A DNA stretch of 64,000 nucleotides from Antedon mediterranea (taxonomy: Eukaryota > Animalia > Echinodermata), in contig NC_092671.1 of the NCBI RefSeq assembly GCF_964355755.1, forward strand, positions 33,614,304 through 33,678,303. Reading direction: 5' to 3'. How positions within the stretch are numbered: the stretch's first letter is position 1; every line of letters starts with the position of its first letter. The notes below the pieces were generated by a model. That model did not search any database, was not told the origin of the DNA, and saw only the letters and a list, made by a program, of their open reading frames with translations. Below are positions 63,901 to 64,000 of this stretch, one piece after another. The position numbers and the translations under genes are program-made.

Positions 63901-64000
63901 TTAAAGTATGACAGTATAAAATGAGGATATTATAATTGCAAAAGCCTCCTTCACAAAAAGGCTATTCTAAATGATCCATACATAATATTTTAATTTACTA

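Overview
AT-rich animal genomic DNA with spliceosomal introns and dense transposon debris. The frequent TAGGCCTA motif suggests an invertebrate deuterostome such as an echinoderm, but that is inference only. The main signal is almost invisible in the ORF track: a cluster of paralogous micro-exon genes for small secreted precursors. Members are A (-, 5581-9483), B (+, 10149-13070), C (-, 37260-38907, divergent and damaged), D (-, 42722-57574), orphan exons E (+, 59405-59671) and F (+, starts 60005). A, B, D and F share a tiny first exon (atcATG..AAACT|gtaagt, M-x-x-K-L) and a second exon completing a signal peptide. In A, B and D these are followed by 24-48 nt phase-1/phase-1 exons that largely alternate a conserved convertase-site spacer (R-I-R-R-D-E) with variable Gly/Pro/Arg-rich payload peptides. 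The window also holds a 10-exon SLC22 (OCT-like) pseudogene (27919-34279), a four-level nest of LINEs and MITEs (17749-27590), a split-direct-repeat tyrosine-recombinase retrotransposon and a CR1-like LINE inside introns of gene D, a CACTA-type element, and two 20-30 bp TIR-only insertions with 7-bp target duplications. All gene models were read by eye from splice signals and paralog similarity; no expression data were available.
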